NCBI GenBank assembly: GCA_001275005.1
Contig: JWZX01003278.1
Location: forward strand, 1 to 64,000
DNA length: 64,000 nt
Direction: 5' to 3'
Source: Chrysochromulina tobinii
Taxonomy: Eukaryota
The notes beneath the pieces are model-generated. The model had not been told where the DNA came from, made no database searches, and worked only from the letters and a program-made list of their open reading frames with translations. The position numbers and the translations under genes were made by a program. Below, one piece after another: positions 51,901 to 60,900 of this stretch; within the stretch, counting starts at the first letter, position 1; each line of letters opens with the position of its first letter.

Positions 51901-54900
51901 GCCTGGAGCGTGGCAATCATCTCATGGCCGCAGAAGAGGAACGGCTAACCGCAGCTTTGAGCCTCAATTCGGCCAAGGACGCCGCACCGCCTAAAGTGAC
52001 CGCTTATGAAACGATGGTCGATGTGCAGGCGGCGACACCCGATCCAAAGGCGCCGCGCAAGGACACTTCGGATGCTTTGAACCCTTTTAAGCCTGCAAAC
52101 GCCGAAAAGTTACCGGCACCGGCTGGAGGTGCCTCTCTCCCGACAGCCATATCCGACCCGCTTCTGCCGAGCAAGGCAGCGCTCGATGCGATGACCATAC
52201 CGAACCAGGAGTCCCCGAGCCTGGCTCAGAGTGTCGCGCCACCGGCAGTTGCCGTCGGTGACGCTGCCCTGCCCAGTGCACTTGCAGATGGCGAGAATGC
52301 TGATGCAAAGTCGCTTCCTGCCGATGCGGTCACTGCCGCAGTGAAGATGGCGAAGGCTAAGCCAAGTGCACCAAAGGCAGCAGCCAAGTCCGATGCAGCT
52401 AGACCTAAAGTTGAGGAGAACAAGCAAGCTGAAGTCGACGAGGATGGAAAGCCCGCCCGCTCTGGATACGGTCAGCAGAAGAAAGTGAAGAAAAAGACGG
52501 AGAGGGTGGAGAAGGTAGTCGAGGTCAACCCATTTGCAAATTCGCCTCTCCTGATCGCCGTTTCGCCGCTTGTGGCGCGCCAAGGGCCTGCACTGGACAC
52601 GCCGCTTGTCGGAGAAAATAATCGCATGGCACCTGGAACGCTCGTGCGCGTGGCGCAGACTCAAGAGGTTACACGGAAAGAAGGCTCAAAGTCCATCACT
52701 GAAAAACGCATGCTGGTTGCACTCGATGGCGATGTGGAGGCTCTGGGCTGGGTGACGGGGATCGACAAGGAGGGCGTCGAGAATCTCAGGTTGGCAGCGT
52801 CGGGCTTTCCGCTCGTGGTCTCGACAAAGGCCCTCGTTGTACGTGAGACCGTTGCTACTGATGGCAAGAAGGTAGACGATTTGCCACCGCAGATGTTGCT
52901 TCGCGTGATGGAAAGCCAGACGACGGCCGACGGCTCCGAGAAGGCGCTCGTCTCTCGCGACGGATCAACCATCAAGGCGATTGGATGGGTTCTGGTCTTC
53001 AAGGAGGGCATGCTTGCGCGCACGCTGGTGCCGGCTCCCATGCTGCAGCTTTCCTTCGACCTGCAGGTGCACACGTCACAGGCTCTGACTCGAGCGCTCG
53101 CGATCAAGCAAGCAGGATCCCAGGTGCGCAAGCGCAAGGATGATTCGTTGCCGTCTCAGATTGCTGGCAAACGTCCTACGTTCAAACCCGACGACGGCGC
53201 GGCTAGCCGCCATACTCAAGTGAAGAAGCCTGCGACGATCATACTCATGTTCAACTGCTTCAACGCCGCCTTTGACGTAACGAGCTGGACGGGTGACGTG
53301 CCGTTCGAAAAGTTGTCCGGCGAGACGGCTTTCGATCTCATAGCCAAGAAGAGCCGAAAGCGCGTCGGCCGTGTCAAGCTCGCAAATGAACTTGGCATGC
53401 CTTTCCTCGCCCGTGTGGAGTTCCCCGACGAGTGGGTGATGGCCGAGGAGTATGGCGTTTACAATGACGGGTGGCAAGGGCTTGCATCACTGGAGGTGGA
53501 GTTGACTTGGGGTAAGGCGGTCGCAATCATCATCGTGAAGCCATGGCTTGCGTACGGTGCCTCCACTGGCGCACGCCTACTCATCCGAAAGCTGGGTGCC
53601 AGCAGTGGGCAGTGCGCCACGATACAGCGTATCCTTGGCGACGACCGTGCCGTCGCCAGGGTCGACAGTTATTCGAAGTCCGATGGCGTCAAGGGCGAAA
53701 CTATCGTCGACCTTCAGCCAATCAACATGGTCCCTACCACATTCCCTGGCTATGCGCGCAATACGAGAGTGCTCCTACTTCACGCAAATAAGCTCGTCGA
53801 TGCGACGGTGCTCGCGTGGCTGGGTGGGTTCGACTATGCGGAGGGCAGCAGGCACATGATGAACGTCAAGGCCGTAGGCGCCGAGACCGGCTCGCATGCC
53901 TGGCATGACCTGAACATGTACAATCATGTGTGTGTGCCGGATGGCATTCACGCCGTCACGTATGAGGGCATCCGGCAGAGGTACTGCCGCAGCATCACAC
54001 AGACTGAGGACAAAGTAGAGGATGCGATCACCGGCAACTCGTTATTCATCAAGGACCAACTCATTTACATGAATCCTGCCTTTGTGCCTGATGGCTGCTT
54101 GCCGGTGCAGTACAAGACCATCAACGACGTGCCAGCGCTCGTAACCGAGCAATTGGAGCTTTCACCGAAGCGTTCAGAGGGCTGTCACACTGCACAGCCT
54201 GTGCTCTGCCGCGCTGGGCCGGGCACCGGCAAGACATGGATGATCAAGCAATGCTTCTTCTTGCTGGCGGAGAGGCTCAGTGCCCCCGCTAGCGAAGGTG
54301 TCCCCCTCGTGCCCATCATTGTGTTCGTGCAGCGCATCGTACGGCTGCTGCGTGAGCTTGGTGATGACCCTTCGGCGCTGCTGCAGGATCCGAAAGGGCT
54401 CATGCGCTGGTACATAGACAACCAGTTTGCCGACAGGAAAGAAGAGCGCACAATGCTCATGCTTGCGTACGAAATGCGCGCCGTCGCGATTCTTGTGGAT
54501 GGCGTCGACGAGGCCGCAGGCATGCGCGACATCGTCGAGGCGTTTGTGCACTTCGAGCTCGTGACAGGCGGCAACCGGCTCGTTGTCACCTCGCGCCCCG
54601 AAGGCGTTGATCTTGACGACTACAAGTCGAGATTTGTCGTCATGAATCTGCTCGAGCTGTCCCAAGAGCAGCAGCGAAACGTCATCCAGATGCAACTGCA
54701 GGGCAACGACTTTTTCGAGCATCTAGTCAACATCGCCGAGTGTCGCAAGGACCTCGACGAGCGCTACAATGAGCTGTTCCGATCGGAGGCGTTGCGTACC
54801 GAAACGGAGGCGTTCAAGTTCGAGGAGGACGAGATGATGGAACGAGATCGTCGTCTGGCCAAGTTGATCGACGAAGAGAAGGCGGCACGCGCCGAGCGCG

Positions 54901-57900
54901 CTACTCGCGAAACCGACGAGAAGGCGCCGGCGACCAAAGAAGCAAGGGCCATCGAGGAGGAGTTCGCCCGCCAGGCGCGCTGGACGGCCATTCGGGAGGC
55001 GGTGGTCACCAACTCAAAGGTCCCTCGTGACTCTCTGACGATACGTCGGCTAACTGTGGATGGTCAGGCCGAGTTGCAGTCGTGGCTTTCCAAGGTAGAT
55101 TTGAAGAAGCGGCCGCGCTCACGATTCCTCGACACGATCCACAGCGGGATGCTCCAGCCGAGCAGAGCAGGGACGGGCCTCTTGGACGATCTTGAGTCGG
55201 AGCTTCGCAGGCTGCCCACGCCGTGCACAGCCACTCAATTAGAGCCAACTGTGCTGATGCTGGCTCAGGGCCAACCTGCAGGTCTCAAGATGGATCCCGT
55301 GGTGAGGGAGTCCCTAGCGCACCTCGGGCTACTGCGCAAAATGCCGGCGGGCGGTGGGCGGCGTGGCTCTAAGGCGGCGCAGATCCCTGCCAACGGGCTC
55401 TGGTTCCAGGTCATCCAACACACGGACGAAACGTACATGTCGATGCAGCTTCTCGCACCAACCTTAATGTACGCGCTCGGCACTGTCGCCGCACGTGCTG
55501 GCGTAAGCAAGTTCGCGCTGCAGCAGAACGAGAAAACAGGCTTGTATGTGCCTCGAAGCGCTGTGGAGACGCCAGAGCTCGAGCATCGCAGTCCTGTTGA
55601 CCTCTGGGTGCAGTCCACGACCTTGCCTGGGTCTGCAGACCAGCCGCCAGGGCCCCCTACATGGGTTGCCAAAGTAAAGCTTCACTGCGAGCACGCCGAG
55701 CAGTTCCTCCTCGTGACGCGACTGCTGGTTGCAGGTATCGAGGTGGAGTTGGATGCTGAGATGATATCACTAACACTGCTGACGATGCGTAATTTGTTTC
55801 GACCGGAAGAGCTGCACCCGACGCACTATCGCAATCTGGGCTGTCACATGCTGCTCACGAGTTTGCAAGGCTCAATTGCAGTCCTCATCGAAGTCGAGCA
55901 CACAAAGTTGCTCACGCACTACAAGTCCTTGGATTATGCGCAGCACTACGACTTCTTTTTCAATCGCAACGCGGAAAATCTCGGCCATGCCGAGTTCGAC
56001 ACCAAGTTTGAACTCTTGCTCGTGTTTCTCGTTGAGGCGATCGGTGTGCCTGTGCTCCTATCGCTGCTCCTGCTCACTTATTCCACCGGTGCATCTAACA
56101 AGGACGTAGTTGACATGAATGAGCTGCCCGATGGCCGGTTGAATCTGTACAAGATGGGTATCGCCGCGGGCATCCGCAAGCGTATGCTCCTTAACGTTGT
56201 CAGCGAGAAATCGAAGCAGGACGGAAAGGATGCAAAAGGTGCCGCAGAGGTGGTTGTGGACACAAAGGACGAGGGCGCGGCTCCCCAGCGTCGTGAGAGG
56301 CGCAAAGGTGCCCTGGAGCAGGGCGGAGGCGGGATGAGCTTCTCAGCCGCGGGCCCATCCCCGGGAGGAAGTGAAAACGAGAAGACGAAGGCACCGCGAG
56401 GAGGCGCAAAGGACGAACCGGTTCTGGATCTCAACTCCATCCTCCGCGGAAAGAAAGTGCGTGTCGTAACTGGTGAGGATGATGTCGCCGAGTGCTACTC
56501 GCTCGTTGTGCGCGTGCTCGACAAGACCAAGCAGCCCGGCTTCGACCTGCGTAGCGGTATCGTGGCTGTTGTGCCCAAGTCGCACACTATGCACGCTCCG
56601 GTTACAGCGCTCGTGGAGTATGTCACCCAACCGGCGCCACAGAGCGAAGCGGCTCTCATGGAGACGTGCAAGAAGATGCTTCGGCGCGTTGCGGTCGACA
56701 ACCAGGAGAACGGACGACGCGAGTTCACCTCAAAGAACGTGGCCTGCGCCTTGGGAGGTAATCCGGAAGAGTTGGGCCTTTGGTCGCGTCTCGATCTAGA
56801 CCATGATTATGGCGTTGCTCTCTGTGCAACACTTGCGAAGCAGTCGGACAAGGCGCCAGCACAGTACCAGTTCAAGCATCTCTCCTTCCAGGAAGGTCTG
56901 TACGCCGAGCATCTGCTCATCCTCGTGACGGGCCTCGCCCCACCAGCTGGTGCTGGTTGGCACGGCTGGATGAGTGACAAGACGGCCTCCGAGTTCCTCA
57001 ACAATCGGTACATGAACAACACGTGCCGCATCGCCGCGGGTACCCTAGGCTCGCTCCTGGCCCGCCAGCGCCCGTGCTGGAACTTCCGAAACGCCACCCT
57101 GACTGCAAATGGCCGTTCGGCGCTCTGGTTCATTACCAACGAGAACGAGACGGTTGAGTCGATCAACGTCTCGCAGAATGATGTGACGTTCGAGGACGTA
57201 CCAGGCATTTGCAAGATGCTCACTACATGCCCCACGTTGAAGAGCTTCGACCTGAGCGACAACGATCTGTTCAAGATGGTCGAAGTACCTCTGGCGTTCT
57301 CTCGGCTGTGCGACGCGTTGGGTAACAACCACATTCTCACTGACCTCAACCTTAACAACAATAGGCTTGGCATGGTCGGTGTGCGCATTGTGGCAAATGC
57401 GCTACGGAGCTGCGGCAACCTCAAGCGGCTCGGCCTGTCTTTTAATGAGCCCGGAGTGGACCCCGCTCTGGCAAACCTGCTCCGCGTCCACACGAGCCTT
57501 GAGACTATCGAGCTGGTCGAGAAAAACGAACGCCTTTTTCCTTCACGCGCGAAGGATGATATTGGGCGCGCACTGATTGAGAATAAGAAGAAGAAGCTCG
57601 GATTTTTGCACTGCGACATGTTCGTTCTGAGTGAGACGACGAAATCGCTCACGTGGGCTAAGGAAGCATCCACGTCTGACGCCGTGCTGCTCGCGGGTGT
57701 GCTGGCCACGAACACGACCCTGACCACCTTCAACATAGCACCCGGTGCGATTCTCGAGAACAAAGCGCGCTCCGAGCTTGGCGAGGCACTGCTCAACAAC
57801 CCCGGCTCACGTGTCGCCTTCTGCAACGATTTTGGTCTCACGTCTGGCGTCGACGTTTGCGAGTTCGACCTGTCGCGTTCCGAGCTCAAGGACGTTGAGC

Positions 57901-60900
57901 CCTTCCGGCTACTCGCGGGCTGCTTGAGAGGTAACCGCACGCTCACGCACGTGACGCTCAAGCAGCTCCGCATGGAGCAAATCTCGACGCTCGCGCTCGC
58001 GCTGCGCGGAAATGACACACTTGCTCAGCTCGACATGGTCAATGCCTCCAGGGCGGGTGGCCAGTCTGTTGTGCGGCTCCCGGTTCCCGAACTGAACGGC
58101 TCCAAGACAGGCAACGACCCGGCGCGTGTCGACCTGTCGAAGACGTGCATGGAGGGAGCGATTGGTCGCGTGGCGTGCGCGATGATTGGCACGCTCATCT
58201 CGTCGAACTCACTGCTGGAACGCCTAGACCTTTCCGACACAGGCGTCGGCATCGCCATTGGCGCCGAAGGCGAGGGAGGCCACATTCTACTGCGTCCCAT
58301 CTGCGAGTCGGCGATCTGCCCCATTAATGAGATCAATCTGACCAACGTGCAACTCAACGATAAGGCTGGCGGCAAGCTGCTGACTGCGCTGGTCACAGGC
58401 CTGGGAGATGCGGGCTCCGGGTACGATAAGATCAAATCGCTGCTTCTCTCGCGAAACGAGTTGGGCAAGCAGTTCACGACTGGTCTGAAGACTCTCCTCT
58501 GGTCGGAGCGCGCACCTTGCGTGCTGCAAAGGCTAGACCTCTCTTTCAACCTCGCGATCGATGGCTATGAGATGGGACTTGCCCTCAAGCGCAACGAATC
58601 ACTCACCTCCATTGACTTCCGTGGCGTCCCCGGCGCCAACACGAACGACATTTACAGCTTCCTGGGCAGTTTCTTTCTGCAGGAGGACTGCAACTGCCGG
58701 GTTGGGTTCCTGTCTTGCGATGCATTCCAGGTGGAGCCCAACCAGGACGAGCTCGTCCTCAGCACATCCGCCGCTAAGAGAGAAGCAAGTGCCCAAGCGA
58801 TTCCGTTGGTAGAGGGCGGCGCAGCCACAGCCGCGCCTGGGACCACAGCAGGGCCTGCGAAGGCGTCGAAGAACAATCAGGGCACGAAGCAAAATCCTGT
58901 GATATTGCTTCTCGCAGGTGTTATCAGGTTCAATATGTCGCTCAAGAGTCTGATCGTGGCGGACACCGGTCTTGACGACGCGGCGGCGGCCAGCTTCGCG
59001 ACCGCTCTCAAGGACAACAAAACCCTCCAGCATCTCGATTTGTCGGGGAACGCTGAGATCGGCGCTGCCGGCATCCGAAGCATTGCTGAAGCAATAAGGG
59101 CTCATCCTCTCCTCTCAACGACCAAGGTCGATGGCAAGCCGCTTCCGATCGCACAGCTTTGCGGCGCCAATAGCTCCGAAGTCTCTCTCGACTTCACAGA
59201 CTGGGGCCTTGGAGCGCCCTCGGGCCTCATGATCGGCGCGATCCTCCTGTCTAATCGGCAGATACTCAACTTGAACTTGAAGGGCAACCAAGCCTTCGGG
59301 ACTGAGGGTATCAGGGCCATTGTTGAAGGATGCGTCCAGGCGCCGCTCAAGGTGTTGGATGTCACAAAGACTGGGCTGGGGGGCGAAGCCGACGACGTGA
59401 TGCGGGCTCTGTCCGTCTCTATATGCCGCACTCTGGGTGTGCTGTCCGAGCTCCGTATGGATGAGAATGATTTGGCGTGCGGCGAAGACGCCCTCGCACC
59501 TCTTTGCAAGCTTCGAAACCTTCGCACTCTCTCGTTCGAAAAGAATCGGCTGTCAAGTATTCCGTCACTGATTGGGACGATGCTTTCGTTGCGGCGCATT
59601 CTCCTCCATTCGAACAATTTGATGTTTCTCCCCGATTCCATCTGCCTTCTGAGCGGCCTTGAACAGCTCGATGTGCACAAGAATATGATCTCGACGCTGC
59701 CGAGCGCTATTGGTAAACTTGCAGGATTGCAGAAGCTCGACATCTCCGAAAACAAGCTGTCCGAGCTTCCAGTCTCCATTTGCGAGCTCTCCGAGACTCT
59801 TCAGCTCTCGGTGGGCCGCAACCCGCTCGAGAAGCCCTCGGTTGAGCAGGCGCGCCAGGGCGTCGGGTCCATCCGCCGATTCTATGGCTGGTCAAAATCA
59901 AAGGCCGGCGACGATGCTGCCGATACCTTGGCTCAAATGGTGGAATCGGCGCCCGAAGACGATGCCTCTTGGTTGAGCGTCTTGACCCACCCGGTGAAGC
60001 GCCCGGTCAAGAGCGAGGACACCCCGAGCCGCCATGATTGGTCGGGTGCGGGTAGCGTCATCGTCTGCTTCAACGCCAGTGGCTCCCAAATCCGCTTGGT
60101 GGACGGGGGCAGCGAGCTGGGGACCATCGCGCCAAGCGACTCGGTCGAACTCGTTACCCTCTTCAACCTACAAGCCATCGGTCGTGTGCGTCCAGCTCGC
60201 ACTCCCAGTGAGAAACCGGCAGACCGGCTCGAGTTGTACAATCAGTGGCTGCCCTGGCGTGTACAGGAGGTCTCTGCAGGCGAGAAAATACGAATGGCCG
60301 TGTACACGCGGTCCAATGCATTACGTGGATCGAAGGCCACCCCTTTGCTCGTGCTTGCCCCGTGGATAGCGTACAGTTGCTCCGTAGGCGCGCGGCTGAA
60401 GATGGCATCCGGGTTTGTCACGGTCGTCGACATCAGACCAGACGACACGTGCAAGATCCTGCGCGACAACGACGCAGCGGACATTAAGGAGACCATTGAC
60501 CCCCGGCCGGACAACGTAAGTCGCGCTGCATCGGCGTCATACAAACCTGGACAGAAGTTGGTGCTCATGGAGCAGGGTGTGCTGGTTGACGCTGTCGTCG
60601 AGGAATGGCTTGGTGCGCGCCGCGGATCTCGGCATCGCTTGCGGCTGAGCCTCAAGGGTGACGCTGTCACCAAAGCGGCCGATGCGCTAGTCAAGCGGCT
60701 CGCCGGGAAGAAGAGGCTCCCTGGCGAGAAGGGGAAGATGACCATTGAGATGGATCTCAATGAGCTCAACCATGCCAAGCTCCTCTTTGCGACCGGCACC
60801 AAGTACGAGGACGCGCGTAGCAGCTACCTTGAGAAATTCTGCCCGAAGTACGCGAATATCACTGACGAGGCGACCTTGATGCAGCTGCAGGTCGCCGACC

